Origin: a bacterium
GTDB lineage: Bacteria; Zhuqueibacterota; Zhuqueibacteria; Residuimicrobiales; Krinioviventaceae
Assembly (NCBI GenBank): GCA_963693055.1
Contig: OY843751.1
Span: forward strand, 3,296,001-3,360,000
Direction: 5' to 3'
Length of the DNA: 64,000 nt
The stretch's first letter is position 1, and each line of letters starts with the position of its first letter. The translations under genes were made by a program, and so were the position numbers. Shown here piece by piece: positions 21,821 to 30,171 of the stretch. Under the pieces are notes generated by a model. It searched no databases, had not been told where the DNA came from, and saw only the letters and a list, made by a program, of their open reading frames with translations.

Positions 21821-22183
21821 CTAGTTTAAATTAAATACATATTCCGAAACTACAGTATTGTTCACAATATGTTCTGCAATAATTTTACGAGCTATTTCAG
21901 CATTTACTTTACCATATGTAACGGTAGGTTTGTCTGCCTGAGCAATCTGCAGCATGGGTTCATTATCACAGTAACCCAAACAACCTGTTTGTGTAACAAC
22001 AGCGTCTTTGATACCACGCTTTTCAATTTCATCTAAAATCGCTGACATTGTGTCACGTGAACCTGCGGCGATTCCGCATGTTCCCATGGAAACAATAATG
22101 CGATATTTTGCATCGCTTTCCCGTGCAGCCATCTGAGATTTTGCCTTCTCCTTGATAGCACGGAGATCTGCTAATGTTTTCAC
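21821..22183 (-). CDS. HndB-like thioredoxin-fold 2Fe-2S subunit
   Basis: MGTCGIAAG...TGCLGYCDNEP; GTG start after GGAGG. Confidence 0.88.
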   Translation of the reverse strand: MKTLADLRAIKEKAKSQMAARESDAKYRIIVSMGTCGIAAGSRDTMSAILDEIEKRGIKDAVVTQTGCLGYCDNEPMLQIAQADKPTVTYGKVNAEIARKIIAEHIVNNTVVSEYVFNLN

Positions 22184-22220
22184 TGCTTTACCTCCTGTTT
22201 GTTTTGTTTATGTTAAATAC

Positions 22221-22345
22221 GAATTAATTCTCATTCTTTTCCCGTTTCGTGTGAATTAATCCAGTTTACTTTCCCGAACAGTGTAACATTTTACTTTTTT
22301 TTTAGAATTGATTCTCTTTCTTTTCCCTAAAAATTGAATCAATTC
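22221..22345. promoter_or_regulatory. Duplicated operator-like array (four GAATYRATYC boxes)
   Basis: Boxes at 22221, 22253, 22305 and 22336; direct repeat GAATTAATTCTCATTCTTTTCCC / GAATTGATTCTCTTTCTTTTCCC. Confidence 0.55.
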
Positions 22346-22421
22346 CCTTTTATCTTACAGTGTTTATATTCATTTGTTCACTTTTTTTTACCATCTCCCT
22401 TACTATTTATTATTTACATTA

Positions 22422-22985
22422 TTAATCTAATAAAACTTTACTTTTCACTTGAATACGTTTCAATTCAGATTTGATATGTTTTTTTGCCGGAACAACCATA
22501 TCAAAAAAATCACAATCCTGTTCTGCCATTCTTGCCAAAAGCCAGTATGAATCAAAACATAAAAGTCCCTTGTCCGTACGATGAAGGTAGCAAAAATGCA
22601 CATCAACCGCACCCATTACCAGGTTTACAACTGTACCGGCAATATCTCCCAAAGGTGCCAGGTTTAAGCTATTGAGTTTGAAATCAGCGGTAACAGTTGT
22701 GCCTTTACCCAATTTCGATTTCAAAACCATGCGCCCACCGGCTTCATTTGCTGCCTGGTTCCAGAATGGTAATCCCATTCCTACTGAACGTGTGGTTCTT
22801 GAGGTAACAAAGGGATCAATAACTCTGGCCTGAGTAACGTCATCCATACCTCTGCCATTATCACGTATTGTAACCGCGAGCCTGTTTTGTTTTTGAGATT
22901 CATCAATAAACAAAATCACGCGTGAAGCCTCTGCTTCAATGGAATTTGTAACAATATCCAAAATATTTAATGATAATTCACGCAT
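22422..22985 (-). CDS. Stand-alone HATPase_c (kinase-like) protein of [FeFe]-hydrogenase clusters
   Basis: MRELSLNILDIVTNSIEA, IRDNGRGM, DPFVTSRTTRSVGMGLP, GKGTTV. Confidence 0.85.
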   Translation of the reverse strand: MRELSLNILDIVTNSIEAEASRVILFIDESQKQNRLAVTIRDNGRGMDDVTQARVIDPFVTSRTTRSVGMGLPFWNQAANEAGGRMVLKSKLGKGTTVTADFKLNSLNLAPLGDIAGTVVNLVMGAVDVHFCYLHRTDKGLLCFDSYWLLARMAEQDCDFFDMVVPAKKHIKSELKRIQVKSKVLLD

Positions 22986-23747
22986 CTAGCTCATCTCCTC
23001 CGGGAGTTCAAGAGAGGTTTTACGTCCATCTTGCTTTTTGAGTGCTTTACGGATCTCTTCAAAATCCGGTTTTTCGATATAAAACCAGGTATATTTTGAA
23101 CCCAACATACTTATATCGTGGGCATCAGAAGCTGTAATGATACTTTTGGTAGTATTGAGTAAAAAACGATGATTTTTTGAAACATTCTCAAATGGTTGTG
23201 CAATTTCAAGCGCATCGAAAGGCAAGTTGTCGGGAATGAATCCCAAAGAGCGTAACAAACTGTATGATTTCCTATCAATATGCGCAGGATAAATGATACC
23301 ATTCAAATCTACAACCGTACTGGCAACTTTGTAAATATTCAGGCTTACCGGCAGAGCAAACATACGTTTACTTTCCTCAATAATATTTTCCTGAAAATCG
23401 CAAACATATTGTGGACCAAACATGGATGCATCATATTCACCAGGCATCAAATGTTCATATATATAGTTTTGGAAATGCCCGGCAGCATCCAGGTCTGGAA
23501 ATAAACATATAGAGTGCGCATCTTCACGTGTATAGACTTCCATACCAGGAATGACAAAGAGTTTTTTATTTTCAGCGGCCTTAACAACAGCCTGTGTATT
23601 TTCTGCAGAGTTGTGATCCGTAATTGCCAGGATATCCAGTTCATGTTGCAGGGCTGTTTTAACAATATCAACTGGCCCCATTGTCAATTCAGCACAAGGC
23701 GAAAGGACCGTATGAACATGCAAATCCGCTTTGTACCATTGCAGCAT
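22986..23747 (-). CDS. PHP-domain phosphoesterase
   Basis: DLHVHTVLSPC, AITDHNS, PGMEV, PAHIDR, SDAH. Confidence 0.9.
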   Translation of the reverse strand: MLQWYKADLHVHTVLSPCAELTMGPVDIVKTALQHELDILAITDHNSAENTQAVVKAAENKKLFVIPGMEVYTREDAHSICLFPDLDAAGHFQNYIYEHLMPGEYDASMFGPQYVCDFQENIIEESKRMFALPVSLNIYKVASTVVDLNGIIYPAHIDRKSYSLLRSLGFIPDNLPFDALEIAQPFENVSKNHRFLLNTTKSIITASDAHDISMLGSKYTWFYIEKPDFEEIRKALKKQDGRKTSLELPEEMS

Positions 23748-23751
23748 TCAC

Positions 23752-24093
23752 CTATCTCCCCCGTAAACCAAAATCGTAAAGTTGGCCTGCGACATCAAAG
23801 GCAGACAGGGTTGTGCTGAAAACAGGTATATTTTTTTCATTGGCTTTTTCAAGGGCTGAATCGTCAGGAACCAATCCTTCGGGAAAGATAACTCCGGCAA
23901 GAGACTTGAAAAATACAATGGCAATAACGTTTTCATGTGTTTGATTGGTGATCCACAATGACCCTTTTAATGCATTGGCCATTGCATCACTAAGGATATC
24001 AGACAAGTAACCAAAATCTACTTCTTTGTTCAGATTTTGTTCACCGCTGAGAACTTTTAAATCTAACTTTTTTACAATCTCTTGCAACACCAT
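23752..24093 (-). CDS. DRTGG/HPr-kinase-N-like domain protein
   Basis: GYLSDILSDAM...LWITNQTHENVIA...ANEKNIPV; this family is typically found next to the PHP gene in hydrogenase loci. Confidence 0.78.
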   Translation of the reverse strand: MVLQEIVKKLDLKVLSGEQNLNKEVDFGYLSDILSDAMANALKGSLWITNQTHENVIAIVFFKSLAGVIFPEGLVPDDSALEKANEKNIPVFSTTLSAFDVAGQLYDFGLRGR

Positions 24094-24135
24094 GGGATCT
24101 CCCTTCCTCCAAAAAATTCGAACCCATATTATGAA

Positions 24136-25614
24136 TTATTCCATTTTTGAAGCCGGCAGGAACACTGAAAAAGTTGTTCCTTTTTCATACTCGCTTTCAA
24201 TTTCGATCTTGCCGGCATATGCATCTACAATTTTTTTAACAATTGTTAGACCCAATCCGGTACCGGTTATTTCTCGGGTGTGTTCATTCTTGGCCCTGAA
24301 AAAATCTTCAAACAAGCGTTCTTTATCTTCAGGACGCATCCCTATTCCGGTATCGGTAACATCAATTCGAATATAATGACCGTTACGACTGCCGTTTATG
24401 GTTATGGAACCGTTATCACGATTGTATTGAATTGCATTGGATATGACTTGAGTAAATAAACGTTGAAGATCTATCTGGTCAGCATCTACAAACAAATGTT
24501 CAGTAACGCTAATACGAACTTCTAGATTGTGTTCCTTGATGTCATTTTTCATGAAATTGAGTCGTTCTGACAATAGCTCTGAAATATCCTGTCTGTTTAT
24601 TTCGCGTCTTACCTTGCCAGCTTCCAGACGGGTGACATTTAGCAAATCATTGATCAGATTGACAAGTGACTTTGTACGATCTAATGATCTCTTTAAATAA
24701 TTCTCATACAAGTCCGGATCATCGCCCAGAGTCTTGTCTACAACCAGCTCAAGATAGCCTTGTACAGCAGACAATGGTGATTTTAATTCATGTGCAGCCA
24801 TATCTACAAATTGAGAGCGCATGATATCAATTTTTTTCAATTCTGAAATATCACGCAAGACAGACACAACGCCCAACAATTCACCCTTGTCTATGATAGG
24901 TGTTGTATTGGCCATTATCACCAGTTTTGCCGGCGGATGTATAATGATCTCTTGCTGTATCGCTTTAACCTGTTCTTTTTTGCTAAAAATCTCTCGCAGC
25001 TGTTTGTTCAACTCGTCTGGCAGAAACTGCCAAACTTTGTCACCAATTTCAATCTTGCTTTCAACGTTTAATAATTTTATAAACCCGGGATTAAAAAGTA
25101 CAACCTGCCCTTCCTGGTTAATAACCATAATACCATCATCCAAAGAATTGATAATGGTGCGCATGCGCGATTGCTCATGAGCAACCTGCAGCAATCTTCT
25201 TTCCTGCTCTTCACGTAATCTTCTGGCTTCTAAAATATACCAGCGACGTTCAAGAGCACGGTTTACCAGGATTTGCAGTTCATCTGGTTCAAAAGGTTTG
25301 GGTATATACTGGTAGGCACCCAGTCGTGTGGTTTCCACAGCAGTTTCAATAGATGCATATGCAGTAACAATCACACAAATGGCTTCGGGATATACCAGCT
25401 TGATCTCACGTAATACCTGCGTGCCCTCCACATCCGGCATACGTAAATCAATAAAGTACAGATCATACTCGTTGGCAATACCCTTTTCAATACCTTCTGT
25501 ACCGTTTGAGGCCGTATCTACATTATGACCGTACAACTCGAGGATGCGTCTAATGCCTTCACGCATCCCCAATTCATCATCTACGACCAGTATTTTACCT
25601 TGTTCAATCCTCAA
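24136..25614 (-). CDS. Cytoplasmic REC-PAS-histidine kinase
   Basis: ILVVDDE...IDLRMP...KP receiver, PAS (LDDGIMVIN), AHELKSPL H-box, DTGIG, GTGLGL. Confidence 0.9.
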   Translation of the reverse strand: MRIEQGKILVVDDELGMREGIRRILELYGHNVDTASNGTEGIEKGIANEYDLYFIDLRMPDVEGTQVLREIKLVYPEAICVIVTAYASIETAVETTRLGAYQYIPKPFEPDELQILVNRALERRWYILEARRLREEQERRLLQVAHEQSRMRTIINSLDDGIMVINQEGQVVLFNPGFIKLLNVESKIEIGDKVWQFLPDELNKQLREIFSKKEQVKAIQQEIIIHPPAKLVIMANTTPIIDKGELLGVVSVLRDISELKKIDIMRSQFVDMAAHELKSPLSAVQGYLELVVDKTLGDDPDLYENYLKRSLDRTKSLVNLINDLLNVTRLEAGKVRREINRQDISELLSERLNFMKNDIKEHNLEVRISVTEHLFVDADQIDLQRLFTQVISNAIQYNRDNGSITINGSRNGHYIRIDVTDTGIGMRPEDKERLFEDFFRAKNEHTREITGTGLGLTIVKKIVDAYAGKIEIESEYEKGTTFSVFLPASKME

Positions 25615-26008
25615 GTTCTTTAAATATCTTTTCGCTTAAATATTGTACCAAATCTCTGGGAGAAATGGGTTTTTCCAAATAATCATCTGCCTTGATCCAG
25701 TTTTTTTCTTCATCTGTATCGGTAGAAAAACGGATACCGGTATCGTGACCGGCTGAAGTCATGATGATTACACGAACGTTTTCAGTATTGGGCTGTTGTT
25801 TGATTCTGTGGCAAAGTACAAAACCAGAATCAAAATGCTCCATTGCAAGGTCAACAACAACAACAGGCGGATTAAATGCTTTGAATTTTTCCAAACCTTC
25901 CACACTGTCATATGCAGTTTCTACAGTATAGCCTTCTTTTTCTAAAACGGGTTTATAAATATTGATCAAATCTGTATCGTCATCAACCATTAAAATCTTT
26001 TTATCCAT
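25604..26008 (-). CDS. Single-domain response regulator
   Basis: ILMVDDD, VVVDLAME, LEKP. Confidence 0.88.
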   Translation of the reverse strand: MDKKILMVDDDTDLINIYKPVLEKEGYTVETAYDSVEGLEKFKAFNPPVVVVDLAMEHFDSGFVLCHRIKQQPNTENVRVIIMTSAGHDTGIRFSTDTDEEKNWIKADDYLEKPISPRDLVQYLSEKIFKELED

Positions 26009-26022
26009 GCGAACATTTTCCT

Positions 26023-26415
26023 TTAATTCTTGGTTTTCAACATTTCAATTACTTTATCATACAACTGTGTATGTGTAACGGGTTTTTCCATAAAGTCATC
26101 TACCGGGTTCCAATTATCATCCGGGCCAATGGTGAGATTAAAATTGTGTTCCTGATTGACACTGGTCATCATCAGGATCAATGTATCGTTAATAGCATCA
26201 TCTTTACGAATCTCACGGGCAACTTCAAAGCCTTCACCCACTTCGGTCATCATGACATCGAGTATTACCAAATCCGGTTTTTCGGATCTAACCAGTTTCA
26301 GTCCATCTGAACCGTTATAGGCCTTGCATACATGAAAACCCTTTGATGTAAAAAAGGCACGGTTCATTTCGACTAGATCAACATCATCATCAATTATTAA
26401 TAATTTATAACTCAT
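26023..26415 (-). CDS. Single-domain response regulator
   Basis: LLIIDDD, ILDVMM, MEKP. Confidence 0.88.
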   Translation of the reverse strand: MSYKLLIIDDDVDLVEMNRAFFTSKGFHVCKAYNGSDGLKLVRSEKPDLVILDVMMTEVGEGFEVAREIRKDDAINDTLILMMTSVNQEHNFNLTIGPDDNWNPVDDFMEKPVTHTQLYDKVIEMLKTKN

Positions 26416-26429
26416 CTTTCCTCTAGAGT

Positions 26430-28442
26430 TTATTGACCTGTTACCGCTTGAACAGTTTCAAGTGCCATTGGTAAATCAATTAAAAAATTGGTTCCATAAC
26501 CGGGTGTGCTCTGCACTTTAATATTACCCTTGTGCATTTTCAAAATTCCATAAGCTATAGGAAGACCTAAACCGGTTCCTTTGCCAATTTGCTTGGTCGT
26601 AAAAAAGGGTGTAAACAGTTTTGCAACATTTTCCTGAGCTATTCCAACTCCAGTGTCTTTAAATTCAAGGCATACACGACTTGCTTCATAATCTGTATTT
26701 GCCGAGATTGTTAACACACCACCATCGGGCATAGCTTCTGCGGCGTTTATTGCAAGATTTAAAAAGACCTGGTAAATCTGATCTCCATCAATATCAACCA
26801 GTGGCAGATTCGGATCAAAATTCACTTTAATCTCTATATTTTGAAATAATTGTTGTTTCTCTATTACAGAAATCATCTTGCCAATTAATTCGGAAAGGTT
26901 ATGCTTTTTCAGCTTTAACTTTCCTTGTCTGGAAAAGTTTAACAATCCGGAAACAATTTTTTGACAGCGTTTTGTCTCTTCCATAATAAACCGCATGTCT
27001 TTGGCCTGAGGATCAGTATCTTCCATTTTTTGCAAAACCAGATGCGCGTAAAGTAAAATGGATCCCAAGGGATTGTTTACTTCGTGAGCCACACCTGCTG
27101 CAAGCTGACCAATGGATGCCAACTTTTCATGCTGGATGAGTTGTTCCTGCGTTTCAGCGAGTTGTTCCAATGAATTTTTCAACTCTTGCTGCATACGCTG
27201 CTGTTTTTCAATAATAAACGGCAAACACATGGCATCTTCTGCAATCCCTTGATAAACAGCAATGGCGTATTCTCTACAACTATCATAACCACAGGATCTG
27301 CAATTGAGCTCGTCAGACGGATCAAATTTTTCAATCTTTTCCAGAATTGAGCGAATCTCTTTGTCCGAGGGTAATGGCATTTTGCATGGTCGTGCTTTAA
27401 ACGTTCTAAACACATCCACATCACGACATTGCTCAAGAGTACTTTTCCATGACATATAATTGGTAGATTGCCGGTGTGATGCTGTATACTGAACAATTTT
27501 TTGTTTTCGTGTAAAATAATTGACCGACTTGTTCATAAAGGGTCCATTTATACACCCTTCACAAAACAACACATCAACCAGACTGGCTTTGATTTCTTGG
27601 TTTTTAAGACAATCAAACAGTTTGAGAATTTGTTGCTTACCTTCGGTCAAAATGACTTCCTTGTTCATAATATCAAGCGGTAAACCAGCGCTGCGCAAAA
27701 AACCTCCGGAAATGGGATACAAACTGCCCAAATACGGATGCGGCGGATCGAAATCCTTCCAAGTACAATTCTCAGGATCAACACCCAGTTTTCTCCAAAG
27801 TTCTTCCAGTTCCTGAAAGGTCAAAACTTCGTCTACTGCATCTTTAACTTCGGCATCTCGTATTTCTGTTTTTTTCGCAGTACAGGGGCCAATAAATACC
27901 GTTTTTACATTGGCACCATATATTTTTTTTACAACCCTGCCCATAGCAATCATGGGTGATACTACCGGGGCAAGGTCGTTAATTAATTCGGGTACATACA
28001 TTTGAATATATGAAAAAATTGCAGGACAAGAGCTTGTTATAAAGGGCCTTTCTTTCTGGTTATTTTTTTCATTAACCAGGTTTAAATAAGCGCGATTTAT
28101 AAGATCAGCGCCAAAGGCCACTTCAACAACATGAGAAAAACCACAAGCGCGTAACGCACCTACCAGCTTGCCGGTTTCCATTTTAGGGTATGCCGCAGGA
28201 AACGATGGCGCCAGCATGGCTACTGTATTCTCTTGCTTGAGTAATTCCAAAGCATTGTCAACTCCATCCAGAACTGCTTTTGCCTTTTGTGTACAAACAG
28301 TAACACAATGACCACAGCTAAGACAGCGTTCTACAATGACTTTGGCTTGCCCGTTTTCAACCTTGATTGCTTTTGCCGGGCATTCCCGAATACAGGAATA
28401 ACAGCGCTTGCATTTTTCTTCTATTGTCCAAACAACTGGCAT
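26430..28442 (-). CDS. Putative sensory [FeFe]-hydrogenase (group C-like) fused to a histidine kinase
   Basis: 2x4Fe-4S, variant H-cluster motifs ITSSCP, GPCTAKKTE, DVLFCEGCING, an extra FeS motif (NCRSCGYDSC...MCLP), coiled coil, GVAHEVNNPL, HATPase (PFFTTK, GTGLGL). Confidence 0.88.
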   Translation of the reverse strand: MPVVWTIEEKCKRCYSCIRECPAKAIKVENGQAKVIVERCLSCGHCVTVCTQKAKAVLDGVDNALELLKQENTVAMLAPSFPAAYPKMETGKLVGALRACGFSHVVEVAFGADLINRAYLNLVNEKNNQKERPFITSSCPAIFSYIQMYVPELINDLAPVVSPMIAMGRVVKKIYGANVKTVFIGPCTAKKTEIRDAEVKDAVDEVLTFQELEELWRKLGVDPENCTWKDFDPPHPYLGSLYPISGGFLRSAGLPLDIMNKEVILTEGKQQILKLFDCLKNQEIKASLVDVLFCEGCINGPFMNKSVNYFTRKQKIVQYTASHRQSTNYMSWKSTLEQCRDVDVFRTFKARPCKMPLPSDKEIRSILEKIEKFDPSDELNCRSCGYDSCREYAIAVYQGIAEDAMCLPFIIEKQQRMQQELKNSLEQLAETQEQLIQHEKLASIGQLAAGVAHEVNNPLGSILLYAHLVLQKMEDTDPQAKDMRFIMEETKRCQKIVSGLLNFSRQGKLKLKKHNLSELIGKMISVIEKQQLFQNIEIKVNFDPNLPLVDIDGDQIYQVFLNLAINAAEAMPDGGVLTISANTDYEASRVCLEFKDTGVGIAQENVAKLFTPFFTTKQIGKGTGLGLPIAYGILKMHKGNIKVQSTPGYGTNFLIDLPMALETVQAVTGQ

Positions 28443-28443
28443 A

Positions 28444-30156
28444 TTATTCTACATCTCTTCTCACATAGTGTGTATGCAAGAGCTCATGGGCCTTATGACT
28501 GTTGGGCTCGCCAAGGAACTCTTTATACAATTTCTGAACTGATTCATTCTGATGTGAACAACGCATGGGCAGTTCTTTATCGATCTTGTAAATAGCCTGC
28601 ATACGCTTTTCAGTTTTTTCAGGATCAGAAGGCAATGGCTGACCACCACCATTAATACAACCACCGGGGCATGCCATAACTTCAATAAAGTGATATGGAG
28701 AAGTTCCTTCCTGCATCTGGTCCAGGAAATGGTTTATGTTTTTCAATCCGTTAATAGCGGCAACTTTAAGTTCAATATCATTAATCGTTACAACAGCTTC
28801 TTTAACACCACTCAAGCCACGGATTGGACGAAAATCGATATCATCCATTTCTTTACCCGTAAGTGTAAAATATGCTGTACGCAAAGCGGCTTCCATAACA
28901 CCACCGGCACTACCAAAAATAACCGCAGCACCCGTTGATTCACCCAATGGATCATCAAAGTGTTCTTCTGCCAGGCGGGTAAAATCAATACCTGCGTTTT
29001 TGATCATTCTTGCAAGTTCGCGTGTGGTAACTACTGCATCAACATCCGGGTATTTATCACCCAGTTCAGGACGTTGAGCTTCAAATTTCTTTGCAGTACA
29101 TGGCATTACAGATACTACAAATATATCTTTGGGATCAATACCCATCTTTTGCGCATAAAAAGATTTTACAAGCGCTCCCTGCATTTCATGTGGTGATTTA
29201 CAGGTTGAGAGATTGCCCAACAGATCGGGATAAAAATGTTCAATATATTTAATCCAACCCGGACTACAAGAAGTAATCATGGGAACAGTACCATTATTGG
29301 TTAAACGACCCAACAATTCAGTTGCTTCTTCCATAATGGTAAGATCAGCACTAAAGTTGGTGTCAAAAACAGTGTCAAAGCCCATTGCGCGAAGTGCTGA
29401 AACCATTTGACCTGTAACAATAGTGCCAACCGGCATCCCAAATTCTTCACCCAGTGCAACACGTACAGCCGGTGCAACTTGAACAACAACATGTTTTTCT
29501 TTATTATTAATGGCATCCCAAACAACTTTTTCCTGGCTCTTTTCTTTCAAAGCACCAACTGGACAGTTAACAATACACTGACCACAGTAAACACAAGGAA
29601 CTGTGTTCAAACTGTTATCAAATGCAGGGGTAACATAAGTCTGGAAACCACGGTTTGCAAAATCAATTGCGCCTACATTTTGTACTTCATGACAAACACG
29701 GATACAGCGACCGCAGAGAATACATTTATCGGGATCACGTTCCATTGATGGACTTGCAACATCCTGTTTGTTTGAACGTTTTTCACCTTCATAGCGCAGG
29801 CTGCGAACACCATATTCCGCAGCAAGGGTCTGTAATTCACAATTTCCATTGCGAACACATTGCAAACAATCAGCCGGGTGGTTGGCAATCAACAACTCGA
29901 TGATGGTTTTTCTTGCACGTCTTACCTTGGGTGAATTGGTTTGCACCTTCATTCCGTCAGCTACCGGAAATGCACAGGAAGGTACAAGATTGCGCTGTCC
30001 TTCTACTTCAACAACACATATACGGCATGAACCGGTTGGGCTAAATCCTTTCAGGTAACACAATGTTGGTATTTTAATACCTTCACGGTCAGCTACGGTA
30101 AGGATCGTTTCACCCGGATTGGCCCAGCACTCTTTATCATTTATTATAATTCGCAT
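28444..30156 (-). CDS. hydA: [FeFe]-hydrogenase group A catalytic subunit, copy 2
   Basis: TSCSPGW, MPCTAKKFE, EVMACPGGCINGGGQP and a full accessory cluster set. Confidence 0.96.
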   Translation of the reverse strand: MRIIINDKECWANPGETILTVADREGIKIPTLCYLKGFSPTGSCRICVVEVEGQRNLVPSCAFPVADGMKVQTNSPKVRRARKTIIELLIANHPADCLQCVRNGNCELQTLAAEYGVRSLRYEGEKRSNKQDVASPSMERDPDKCILCGRCIRVCHEVQNVGAIDFANRGFQTYVTPAFDNSLNTVPCVYCGQCIVNCPVGALKEKSQEKVVWDAINNKEKHVVVQVAPAVRVALGEEFGMPVGTIVTGQMVSALRAMGFDTVFDTNFSADLTIMEEATELLGRLTNNGTVPMITSCSPGWIKYIEHFYPDLLGNLSTCKSPHEMQGALVKSFYAQKMGIDPKDIFVVSVMPCTAKKFEAQRPELGDKYPDVDAVVTTRELARMIKNAGIDFTRLAEEHFDDPLGESTGAAVIFGSAGGVMEAALRTAYFTLTGKEMDDIDFRPIRGLSGVKEAVVTINDIELKVAAINGLKNINHFLDQMQEGTSPYHFIEVMACPGGCINGGGQPLPSDPEKTEKRMQAIYKIDKELPMRCSHQNESVQKLYKEFLGEPNSHKAHELLHTHYVRRDVE

Positions 30157-30171
30157 ATCTTCCTCAGTTTA

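Noticed and set aside
22374-22393. Rex box TTGTTCAC...TTTACCA before the hnd operon
   Set aside because: The half-sites span 20 bp rather than 18 bp and the context is poly-T.
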